From Narcine bancroftii (Eukaryota), in assembly GCF_036971445.1 (NCBI RefSeq), contig NC_091479.1:7254001-7318000 (forward strand): a stretch of DNA of 64,000 nt. The letters are read 5' to 3'. Below, one piece after another: positions 46,421-57,289 of this stretch (position 1 is its first letter; each line of letters opens with the position of its first letter). A model generated the notes under the pieces. That model worked only from the letters and a program-made list of their open reading frames with translations. It was not told the DNA's origin and made no database searches. Made by a program: the position numbers and the translations under genes.

Positions 46421-47904
46421 AAGGCTGGTTGGCAGAGATCATGGATGAAAGGGCGCTGAAGTCTTCTTGATTGTGTCAGAGGTTCAGATCTGGAACTCGT
46501 GTTGCTGATGGTTTGGACTGAAGGCTGTAGAGGCTGCGCGAGTGTTGGAGGTGAATCCACAAACACTCGGTGACTCTGTGGGTGGAGGGGGGTAACTCTC
46601 TCTTTTGCTTCTCTTTCTCTGACTGAAAGAGGCAATTTCTGCCGATGGTGAATCTATCTGCCTTATGGTAGACTAAAAGGAATTTTGTGTAATATTACAC
46701 TGTTTTATTACATGACAACGAAGTAATCTTACTGAATGGTGGAGGGAGCAGATGGCCGATTCCTGGACCATTCTCTTATAATTATGTGGGGTTCCTCCAC
46801 GTGCTCCAGTCCCATCCCACATCCAGATAATTGCAGTTTGCAAGGTTTATTGGTTGCGATAAGTGTTGGTGTGTGGGGAGAATTAAACAAGGTTAGTCAT
46901 GGTGAGTCTGGAGTCAGTGGTCCAAAGGGATATTTGTCACTCTGTCCTCTGCCTATCTGCCCACCTCTGGACTCTTGTGTTTTCCTCATAGTCTGGCTGG
47001 GTTACAGTCCTTTGAAGTGCTCTTTATATTGGCACTGTGTACTGACTGAACATCGATTGTGAAATGTGATTCAGGAGTTGAGAACAAACGAACGTGCCAC
47101 AAAATATTTTTAAAAACCGATGAATTTGAGAACCCTTTTAATCCGCCTTTGAGAGTGTTAGGCATAATGCCTTCACTGGAAAAGCGTTTTTGTTTATGTG
47201 AGTGGGTTTTCTGATGAATCTTTTTCATGAAATTTCTCCAAATTCCAGCAGCTGTCATGGCCCACGGATGCAGCAACTTCCTCTCATCCAAGTGCCGGTG
47301 GTTTCAAGGGGCTTTTATTAACATGGCAGAATTCAAGATCCAACACTCTTTGCTGGCCTTATGGCAGGTGGCAGGAGCTGTCGTGTAATATTACATTTTC
47401 TGTATTATTACATGGCAATAAAGGAATCTTCAATTTGTGAAGTACCTGGTAACATGTCTTCACTGATTCCACAGGAGTAATCACCAAACATTTCTGTACA
47501 GCTGGACAATCAGGGCGTGCTTCAGGATAAAAATGGCGATTGTGTGTAGAACCCTGATCTTTTAAAGATAGGGCGCTGGCAGATTGTTTGGTTTGTTAAT
47601 TGGGAGATGACAGTTTTCAAAAATGTGTGACATGGAAGACTTAATTTTTTAATTCATGTGAGAACTGGGTACAGCGTGTGGCATGATGTTGGTACATTGT
47701 GGTACCAGCCACAGACTGTAGTGGTCAGTTGTTTCAACTCAGGTCTCGCAGCGTCCATAGGAGGTAAAGATATATTACCGATGTTTTGGGCCTGAGTCCT
47801 TCGTGACTTGCCTCTCCAAGGTGAACTGGACATCTCAGGTGTAAACAGTCGAAACACAATGCTGGAGAAACTAAGCAGGTCAATTACTGAACTTTATATA
47901 GTAA

Positions 47905-48485
47905 ATGCAGGTTTGGCATGACATCAGAAACCCTGACAAATTTCTACAGGTGTGTAGTATGCTGATCGGCTGCATCACGGTCTGGAATGGGAACACCAAC
48001 ATCCCTGAGCGTAAAGCCCTCCGAAAGGTGGTGGACACAACCCAAGACATCACAGATAAAATTCTCCCCACCATCGAGAACATCTACAGGGAACGCTGCT
48101 GTCGGAGAGCAGCAGCAATCATCAAGGACCCACACCAACCAGTGCATGCTCTGTTCTCGCTGTTGCCATCAAGAAAGAGGTGTGGGTGCCACAAGACTTG
48201 CCCCACCAGGTTCAGAAACAGCTGCTCCCCCTCCACCATCGGACCCCTCAACCACAAACTCAGTCAGGGACTCATTTAAGGACTCTGACTTGTGCACTTC
48301 ATTGATTTTTTTATTTCTGTATTGCAGTCATTTTGTTTCCATTTGTTTCCTGTAACAGTTCTTTTGATTGTTTACACATTCACACTGTGTGCAGTTAATT
48401 TTTGCACCACCAATAAGTGGTAATTCTGCCTGGCCCTCAGGTTAAAGAATCTCAGGGTTGCATGTACTCTGACAATAAATCTGAA
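47905..48485 (+). mobile_element. Rex1/Babar-type LINE 3' part
   Basis: LIGCITVWNGN...RKALRKVVDTTQDIT...LPTIENIY...IIKDPHQPVHALFSLLPS...RFRNS. Confidence 0.85.
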
Positions 48486-48964
48486 AGGTAAAAATACATA
48501 ACCGAGGTTTCGGGTTTGAGCCTTCAAGGTATGAGCCAGGAGTAAACAGTTCAGGGTTGAGGGAGGTTTCAGAGATAAGATTGAAATGAAGATTTAAACT
48601 CCAGGTGGGGATTTTCAAATGCAAGGGGTGTTGGCTGTTGGGTAGTGGGGGTTCGGTGAGGTGCCATGGTTAAGAGTAGAGTTGGGGGGGGGGGGGGGTC
48701 AGTGACAGGTGTGGTGGGTGAGAGCTGGGATGTGGGTAGTGCTGTTGAAGGAGCTCCAAGAAATGTGTGGCTGCTGGGTGCTGAGGGGCATGTGGAGGAG
48801 GTGGCCTCACCTGGTGTGGAGAGCACTCCAAGGTGTATGTTTAGGGGTGGGGAGTCGGGAGAAGGGGTCACTCCCTGTGGGGAGGGAGGGGGGAGAAACA
48901 CCCAACACACATACAAACAACACATACTCAGGACAAGTATTCATCAAATCAATAAACATTGTTA

Positions 48965-49500
48965 TCAACAGCGAAGAAGTGTTTCGATGAAGCATATCAC
49001 CTCCTGTCTGAGCGGTAAGGTGGATGCATTCCAGCTCGATTATCGTAGCGGATGCCATCTCACTGGCTCTACACTAAACCCTGGAAAACCTGGACAGCAA
49101 AGATGCAGACATCAGGATGCTCTTTATCGACCACGGTCCGGCGTTGAACACCATCGTCCCCTCAAAACTGATCAGCAAACTCCAAGACCTGGGTCGCAAC
49201 ACCCCTCTGCGTAATCGGACGACTCTGTAGTTCAAGGGACAATAACTCCATCGACAAATTGGCCGACAATACCACGGTAACAGGTTGTATAAAGGAAGGG
49301 GATGAGTCAACAGACAGGATGCAGATGGAAAACTGGGCCAAATGGTGCACCCAATGTCACCGAAAGCCAGGAGCTGGTTGTTGACGTCAGGAAGGGAAGA
49401 ACAGAGGTGTTCGATCCAGTGATCGGGGGGCGAGCAAATGTAGGCTATTGGGAGTCACCATCCTGGACCCAACACACTAATGGCATCGTGAAGAAAGCTC
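48965..49500 (+). mobile_element. Rex1/Babar-type RT fragment, heavily deleted
   Basis: ...IRMLFIDHGPALNTIVPSKLISKLQDLG...; DKLADNTTVTG. Confidence 0.65.
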
Positions 49501-49694
49501 ATCACAGCCCAGGGCATCACAGGCACCATCTGGAACATCTCCATTGGGGGTGGGGTAGGGGTTTGGGGGATCTATCACTGGGGAAATAGGCGTGGCCAAT
49601 CGAGGGGGCGGATCCAATCTGGAGTGACAGGTGCGGGGGGCGGGACTAACGGTCGAATGACAGGCGTGCAGGGTCCTCGGGCGGTGATTGGCGG

Positions 49695-49863
49695 GGAGGG
49701 GCGGGACCTCGGGCGGAGTGGCAGGTGCGGAGGGGCGGGACCTCGGGCGGAGTGGCAGGTGCGGAGGGGCGGGACCTCGGGCGGAGTGGCAGGCGCGGAG
49801 GGGCGGGACCTCGGGCGGAGTGGCAGGCGCGGAGGGGCGGGACCTCGGGCGGAGTGGCAGGCG
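49695..49863. repeat. 5 x 34-bp tandem repeat, two Sp1 boxes per unit
   Basis: ggaggggcgggacctcgggcggagtggcagg[t/c]gc; gacctc at 49705, 49739, 49773, 49807, 49841. Confidence 0.95.
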
Positions 49864-50027
49864 CGCGCGAGTGCGTGTGGCTGACGCGCTTCCGGGCGGC
49901 GCGGCGCGGGGCGGGACCGGCGCTGGAGGGGAGGGGGGGGGGCCGGAGCGGCGCCATGGACAGCCGGTGCTGAGGTGCGGGGCGACGGCTGTGTGTGGCG
50001 GCGATCGACCGACGAGCCGGGCCGGCC

Positions 50028-50186
50028 ATGGAGCGGGGAGCCGCGGCCGCCCTGTGGCTGTGGGCGCTGCTGGCGGCGGGCGTCGAGCCGCGGGTTTACA
50101 CCAACACCTGGGCCGTGCAGGTGGCAGGGGGGCGGCAGGCGGCGGAGCGGCTCGCCAGGCAGCACGGCTTCGTCAACCTGGGCCAG
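50028..50186 (+). CDS. FURIN: Furin-family proprotein convertase (subtilisin/kexin), first coding exon: signal peptide and start of S8 pro-domain; 3'-partial
   Basis: gccATGg; MERGAAAALWLWALLAAGVEPRVYTNTWAVQVAGGRQAAERLARQHGFVNLGQ|gtgagc (furin: VFTNTWAV...ARKHGFLNLGQ). Family is clear; furin vs PCSK4/5/6 is less sure. Confidence 0.72.
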
Positions 50187-50250
50187 GTGAGCGGCGGGGT
50201 CCCGGGCCCGACCCCCGGCGGAGGGACCGTCCCCGGGGAAGGAGGGAGAA

Positions 50251-51470
50251 GTGGGGGACCCCCAGCCTCTGCTCCCCCAGCCTCTCCTCCCCCAGCCTCT
50301 CCTCCCCCAGCCTCTCCTCCCCCAGCCTCTCCTCCCCCAGCCTCTCCTCCCGTGGGGGACCCCCAGCCTCTGCTCCCGTGGGGGACCCCCAGCCTCTCCT
50401 CCCCCAGCCTCTCCTCCCCCAGCCTCTCCTCCCCCAGCCTCTCCTCCCCCAGCCTCTCCTCCCGTGGGGGACCCCCAGCCTCTCCTCCCCCAGCCTCTCC
50501 TCCCGTGGGGGACCCCCAGCCTCTCCTCCCCCAGCCTCTCCTCCCGTGGGGGACCCCCAGCCTCTGCTCCCGTGGGGGACCCCCAGCCTCTCCTCCCCCA
50601 GCCTCTCCTCCCCCAGCCTCTCCTCCCCCAGCCTCTCCTCCCCCAGCCTCTCCTCCCCCAGCCTCTGCTACCGTGGGGGACCCCCAGCCTCTCCTCCCCC
50701 AGCCTCTCCTCCCGTGGGGGACCCCCAGCCTCTCCTCCCCCAGCCTCTCCTCCCGTGGGGGACCCCCAGCCTCTCCTCCCCCAGCCTCTCCTCCCGTGGG
50801 GGACCCCCAGCCTCTCCTCCCCCAGCCTCTCCTCCCGTGGGGGACCCCCAGCCTCTCCTCCCCCAGCCTCTCCTCCCGTGGGGGACCCCCAGCCTCTGCT
50901 CCCGTGGGGGACCCCCAGCCTCTCCTCCCCCAGCCTCTCCTCCCCCAGCCTCTCCTCCCGTGGGGGACCCCCAGCCTCTCCTCCCCCAGCCTCTCCTCCC
51001 GTGGGGGACCCCCAGCCTCTCCTCCCCCAGCCTCTCCTCCCGTGGGGGACCCCCAGCCTCTCCTCCCCCAGCCTCTCCTCCCGTGGGGGACCCCCAGCCT
51101 CTCCTCCCCCAGCCTCTCCTCCCGTGGGGGACCCCCAGCCTCTCCTCCCCCAGCCTCTCCTCCCGTGGGGGACCCCCAGCCTCTCCTCCCCCAGCCTCTC
51201 CTCCCGTGGGGGACCCCCAGCCTCTCCTCCCCCAGCCTCTCCTCCCGTGGGGGACCCCCAGCCTCTCCTCCCGTGGGGGACCCCCCAGCCTCTCCTCCCA
51301 CGGGACCCCGGACACCCTCCCACTCCCGCGGGATCCCGGACCCCCCCCCCAACTCCCGCGGGATCCCGGACCCCCCCCCCACCTCTCCCGCGGGATCCCG
51401 ACCCCCCTCCCCACTCCCGCGGGATCCCGGACCCCCCCCCACTCCCGCGGGATCCCGGACCCCCCCCCAC
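50251..51470. repeat. Compound C-rich minisatellite in convertase intron 1 (15-bp and 26-bp units, then ~28-bp cccgcgggatcccggac units)
   Basis: cagcctctcctcccc and cagcctctcctcccgtgggggacccc interleaved at 50262-51300; cccgcgggatcccg x5 at 51325-51460. Confidence 0.95.
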
Positions 51471-53609
51471 TTTTCCCATACTGGGTTAGTTTGCAAAGAG
51501 GTTGTTTGAAAGGGGAACTAAAGTTGTCATTACCAAACTCTTGGGAATTTAACTTGTTTGCATCATGTTGGTCCAACCCTTCTCTGTTAAATTGTCAGAA
51601 CGATATACTTATTAAAACAAGATGCTGGAGGTGCGGGTCAGTGTCCTTGATGTTGCAAAGATATCTTCATCAAGGTATGAACGGACGCCTGCCAACATTG
51701 TGTTCCTACCTTGACAAGGAAACGTTAGTTCTGTATCTTGATCTTTGCTATATAAAGGACACTGTTTGACCTGCTGAGTTTCAGTGTGTTTTTACCAACC
51801 ACAATGTCTCCACACTCTCCTGTTTTACCTCAGAATAACATATTTTGCCACTGGAAATGCTCTTTGTGAGATTTTATTCACATTCTTGCTCGTGGAGCCG
51901 ATAATATAGTTTTGGGAGTAACTGTACCAAGTTTGGCCAGTGAGCCACGGTGAAGTGACTAATGATGGTAGAATTTTACATTTGTTTGAAGGCTTGGGAC
52001 TAATTTGGATCCCAGATGGAATGTTTGATTGCAGGGCGTTTCATTCTGTCATCTGGACCACAAAACATTTGGTCTTGTGTTCATTTTTTTCACCTACCTT
52101 TCTGGCGTGGTTCATGTCCAACAGACATTAACAAAACTCCTCACCAGTACTTCAGCTAAGGAGAACTATTTGTTTATGTTGCTTTAAAAGTTGAGGAGTA
52201 GTTTTAGGAAATAATCGTAGGAGATTCATTTTCGAGAGTAATGTCTGACACCATGATGATGTTGCGAACTTGGTAGAGAATGTTCCCTTGTAATAGTTTT
52301 CTGAAGAATGCAATTGTGTAGTTTGGTTTAATGGTTTCAAGCACAGCTATTTTTAAGTCTACTGTAAATGTTAAGGTTCTGAGTCTAAATTCTGAGATGC
52401 ATTATTACAATCTGAGATGCATGTCACAATCTAGTGAGATTTTGAATATATTTTATGTAAGTATTTCCATCTTGGTTTGTTCTGTTTAAGTTTTGCTGTA
52501 AATTAGAAAGGAATAGCAGTTTTCTGTTAACGATTTCATCATTTTAAAATCGTCATATTTTGAAATTCATTCGTCCTGAATTAAGACGAGCCCAAAATGT
52601 TGGTTATGTATCTTTAACTTTGCTCTATAAAGTACTCTGTTTGACCTGCTGAGTTTCTCCAGCATTGTGTTTTTACAAAAGTCTTTATGCTTGTTGCACA
52701 TTGATTTTTCAATTAATGTCTCGTGTTAACTGTCTGCTTCTGTCAAGTGTGTCCCATACTACAACCATCTTAAGAGCTGAGGGCATCTTGTTCCATAGGA
52801 ACTACAAAGGGATGACCCTGGGATCCTTGTTCATTTGGCAAAAGAAAACTTGGGGAAATAATGAATTCAACTTTTTGAACGAACTGGGATGTTCAGATGA
52901 CAATGGAACAGTATTTTTGAAAATATTCTGCTTGTTTGGTTTTATCAGTTTAAGAACCTGTTTAGACTGGTCTGTAATAATGGGGTGGGACGTCTATTCC
53001 TGCTGTTTGTTTTTGATTGGAAGCAGAGGAGTAATCCTCAAATCTTGTTTCTGGTGATACGGAGTTATTTTTGTTGTGGATTGGTGTCAGCTCTTGGAGG
53101 TTTGGGTCTGCCTTCCTTTTACCTTCAGCTTTAGGTTAGGCTGGAAATGCTAAGTTTCTTGATGCTTTCTATTGGAGCTGTGTCATACCATTTCTGAAAT
53201 CCATTGTTTGTCTGAGAAAAAGCATGATTCAGATCCCAGAATGATATATGTGTACAGCTCTGTATAAAACATGATACATGCTTGCTGTACTGTTGACCAA
53301 TTTTTACTTAACTGAATGGACCAATTGTTGGTGAAGTTCAGGAAGAATTTGTAGATTTAATTATTCCTCAGGCCACGTTTGGTTTGGTATATTTGGGTTG
53401 TGAGACTCTAGTCACCCCCAGTGAGAACACTGATCTGCATTCAGACAGTAGACTCAAATCTCCTGAATCCAATGACAAAAGTTGAATCCAGAAGATAAGA
53501 TTTAAATTTATGCGGACAAACTTGTAGTTCATGTACACAATCAAAGTAATGTTTAACTATTGATGCATTTTTAATCTAACTGAAAGATTTATTGTAGTTA
53601 CAACTAATG

Positions 53610-53962
53610 TTTTTTTCTTTTTCAATCTTTTAATGAAGTTTCAGATTAATAAACATAAGAATGATACAAAGGCATGGAGATTGCATTAACAATGGTTAAC
53701 GTATTCCAAAACGGACATCGAGCAACATATGTAAACTGAACCTCCCAGTTTCTTAAAGGCCAAACATGAAAAGGAATCAAATTTTATTACAAACATATCC
53801 CCCTAACTAAGAAACAAAAGCTGGACTACTGTGTTTCACCAGTTAAACAATTATTTTGTGGTTAATTCGGCCCCTCTACACTCACAAAAAATTGTTGGAA
53901 AGGATCAACTTACATCATATGAAAATGTTGAATAAATGGCGTCCATGTTTCTTCAAATTTAA
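53610..53962 (-). mobile_element. L1 3' end fragment
   Basis: T-rich tail at left; minus-strand sequence resembles an ORF2 C-terminus (...TWTPFIQHF). Confidence 0.5.
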
Positions 53963-54144
53963 CCGAAGGGTCTTGAAAGTATTAGATCAAATGAGAAAAT
54001 CACATGATCTGCCAGAATGTTTTAAAACAGCATTAATGAGTTATACCAAAATAAAAGATCCTTTACAACCTTCCTCTTGTAGACCTATATAGTAATTAAA
54101 TACAGATTATAAAATTGTATCTAAATTATTATCTATTAGATTAA

Positions 54145-54263
54145 CTCTTCTTCTTTGGCTTGGCTTCGCAGACGAAGATTTATGGAGGGGGTAAAAGTCC
54201 ACGTCAGCTGCAGGCTCGATTGTGGCTGACAAGTCCGATGCGGGACAGGCAGACACGGTTGCA
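54145..54263 (-). mobile_element. RTE 3'-terminal 119 bp nested in the L1
   Basis: cttcttctttggcttggcttcgcagacgaagatttatggaggggg..., same end as the other RTE copies; possible TSD aga[t/c]taa. Confidence 0.88.
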
Positions 54264-55695
54264 GACTAAATATTTAGCAAAATCACTAAATATGGATCAA
54301 ACATGTTTTTTAAAAATAGATCTGTAGATAATATAGTTAAATTTATGAGTTTATTAAGTAGCATGAAAAAAAAAGGAACCAACAGTAGCGGTCACGTTAG
54401 ACACAGAAAACACATCTGACAGACTTTTTATTTAAGATGCTAAGTATATTTGGAATTCCGACTGTTTTTTACGAATTGGAGAAAACCATTATATAATCAA
54501 CTTTAAGTGGTCACAAACGGGCAAATATCAAAGTCTTTTTTATTAGAGAGATCATCTAGGCAAGGATGCCCATTATCACCATTTTTATTTGCTTTGGTCA
54601 TAGAACTTTTGGTGGAAATAATTAGAAGAGACAATGAGATTAAAGGTTTCGAGATAGACAATAAAGAACGTAAAATTAGTTTTTGCGGATGATGTTTTGT
54701 CTTATTTAACAAAATCAGTAAATATCATTGTTGCAAATTAAATGTAAGATTTGTAGAATATAGTGTCAGATTATAAAAATAAAATATTGATAAGAGTGAA
54801 GTGATGCCTATGGTTCATGTAGATTATTATATACAAAGTTTAAAAAAAAGACATTTTAAATGGCAAAAGGAAATATTTCGGAAGAAAAATAGAGATTTAA
54901 ATAATTTATTTAAATTGAATTACATACCATTATTTAAAAAATTGAGGAAGATTTTAAAAAGAAGGAAAGATTTGCCTTTAATAAGACGGGTAAATTGTGT
55001 CAAGATGAACATTTTTCCGAGAATACAGTATTTATTTCAATCATTACCCATCCCTATACCAGAGAAGTTTTTCCAAGAGCTAAATAAAAATATTAGGAAA
55101 TTTATGTGGAGAGGTAAAATGCCAAGAGTAGCTCTGGAAAGCCTGACTTGGAAATTTGAACAAGGATGATTAAGATGACCAAATTTTTAAAAATTATTAC
55201 AAATGAGCCCAATTAAGATTCTTGTCCTCCTGTTATCATAATTGGAGAAAAAGCAGCGTGGGTTCATATTGAAATGAATAAAATTGGAGAAATCAACCCA
55301 GAGTATTTTTTTTGTACAAATGGAATAATTAATTATTGGAAAAAGAAACCAGAAGAACCAATATTAAAGTACTTGCTTAAGATATGGAATGGAATTCATA
55401 TGGAAAGAGGAATTAAATATGATCAAATACCCAAGATGTTGTTAAAACAAAATCAGCTTCTTCCTTTTTGACTCTGAATAATCCTTTTTTTTGATATTTG
55501 GTATAGTGAAGGTATACAGAGAATGAAAGATTGTTTTTCAGGTGCCTTTTTTATGAAAGAGAAATGTGAAATATCAAATAATTTAATTTTTTCCACACTA
55601 TCAACTTAAAATATATTTATAAGGGATATTAGGTGCGAGTTTAAAACTGCTGGAACAGAGTCAATTTGAATATTTAATTATAGATAAGTTTATTG

Positions 55696-55888
55696 NNNNN
55701 NNNNNNNNNNNNNNNNNNNNNNNNNNNNNNNNNNNNNNNNNNNNNNNNNNNNNNNNNNNNNNNNNNNNNNNNNNNNNNNNNNNNNNNNNNNNNNNNNNNN
55801 NNNNNNNNNNNNNNNNNNNNNNNNNNNNNNNNNNNNNNNNNNNNNNNNNNNNNNNNNNNNNNNNNNNNNNNNNNNNNNNNNNNNNNNN
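55696..55888. other. Assembly gap (193 N)
   Basis: Run of N. Confidence 1.
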
Positions 55889-57142
55889 TACAAGATACTA
55901 TGTGGGGGGGAAACAAAGGGAGGAAAAAGATCTAAATATACAAATTCAAGAAGAAGTTTGGTCAAGATTGTGCCAAGAGAGTGTAACAAATACAATTAAT
56001 GTTAGATATCAAATGGTACAGAATAATTTTCTACATCAATTGTAATATACTCCATATAAATGAAAAAGATTAATCTCAAATTATACTGATAATTGTATTA
56101 GATGTAATAAGGAAGTAGGGACCTTTGGACACTCAGTTTGGTCCGATGTTAACATGGAAAAATTTTGGAAAGATTTGAGTATATTCTTAGGACAAATTAT
56201 GAAGATAAAAATGCAAAAGGATCCAAGAATATTTTTACTTGATAATATTATATGAAGAAGAAGTGAAAATGAAGTTGGATAAATATGAAGAAAAATTTCT
56301 TAATATTAGCAATACCTATATCCTTGTTCAAATTAATGCAGTTAAAATTATTATTTTTACCTAAAATCTTGAACTTATTTCAGACTGTCCCAACCTTCAC
56401 CTTTTTTTAATATTATTGATTCGAGAAGTTCTTCATATATATAGCAGAATAAGAACCCTAGTTTAAGTGAGAAATATTTACAGAATTTTTTTTTAAATGG
56501 CGGTTTGACATTGCCTAATTTTATATTCTACTATTGGGCAATTATTATTCGGTATCTAATTTTCTGGACATAGATTTGGATGAACTTCAGTGTCCATGAT
56601 AGGTGAGTCTTGAATGCAGGTTCATGCAGGGATTCTCATTGGCTTCTATTTTAGGGGGTTTTATTCCCCTTTGCACAACTAATACTTTTTGACACCTTGT
56701 TCTGCTTTTGAAAAGTATCTCATTAATACGATAATCTACTGACTTAAAGATGATCTCCTGTGAGTTCACTGCCGGATAAGTTAAGTGTTTCTTGCATTTT
56801 GATGTCATTTCTAATTTTTAACAGTAATTTTGTTTTTTTTTCTGTAATAATATTGCCTATCAGTTTGATCAAGGTCTGATTTCTTGTCGTGTTTTACTGG
56901 CAAAATAAAAGTGTTTTTGAACGCTTTGAAAATTGTGTGAAGTTTGTGCTTCGGGGGAGAACATTACCTGTCGATAGGAATGTTTGATCCGTTCATTCAG
57001 CTTATGGAATGTTCCATGTTAAAGCATTGCATGTTTTTGTAAAACTCTGAAGGATTAAAATACCTCAGATTTATTGGAGTGGAACGTTTCCAATATATCA
57101 AAGACAATTAAAATCATTGCGTGTCTCCTTTGCCCTCTGAAC

Positions 57143-57289
57143 CAGTGTTCATCAGCTTTTTAATTTCCACTTGTGTACCATCTTTAAGTAACCACAGAGG
57201 ATCTCTGGCATAGTAAGAAATTACTTAAGGTAGTATGTGAGTGGGTGGGGGGAGGGGAGGGGAGGGGGGGTGGAGGTTGAGAACCACTG
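57143..57289. mobile_element. Palindromic hAT-like MITE
   Basis: cagtgttcatcagc...taccatctttaagtaa / ttacttaaggtagta...ggttgagaaccactg inverted arms. Confidence 0.5.

Larger units (their letters stand above)
49590..50230 (+). promoter_or_regulatory. CpG-island promoter of the convertase gene: three CCAAT boxes and a GC-box array
   Basis: ccaat ~49596 and ~49614, attgg ~49687; many gggcgg; very high CpG density through exon 1. Confidence 0.85.
53970..56315 (+). mobile_element. Decayed L1 ORF2 (RT and C-terminal region) spanning the assembly gap
   Basis: SSCRPI..LNTDYKI; RSSRQGCPLSPFLFALVIELL; FADD; RVNCVKMNIFPRIQYLFQSLPI; many stops and frameshifts. Confidence 0.85.

Noticed and set aside
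31000-49000. SERF2 or another gene between SERINC4 and the convertase
   Set aside because: No recognisable exons by eye; ORFs here are repeat-derived or short. Tiny exons could have been missed
49575-51769. Overlapping 300-690 aa ORFs on both strands
   Set aside because: Stop-free GC-rich repeats; only 50028-50186 has protein-family signal and a proper donor
55674-55995. ORFs containing X runs
   Set aside because: Artefacts of the assembly gap
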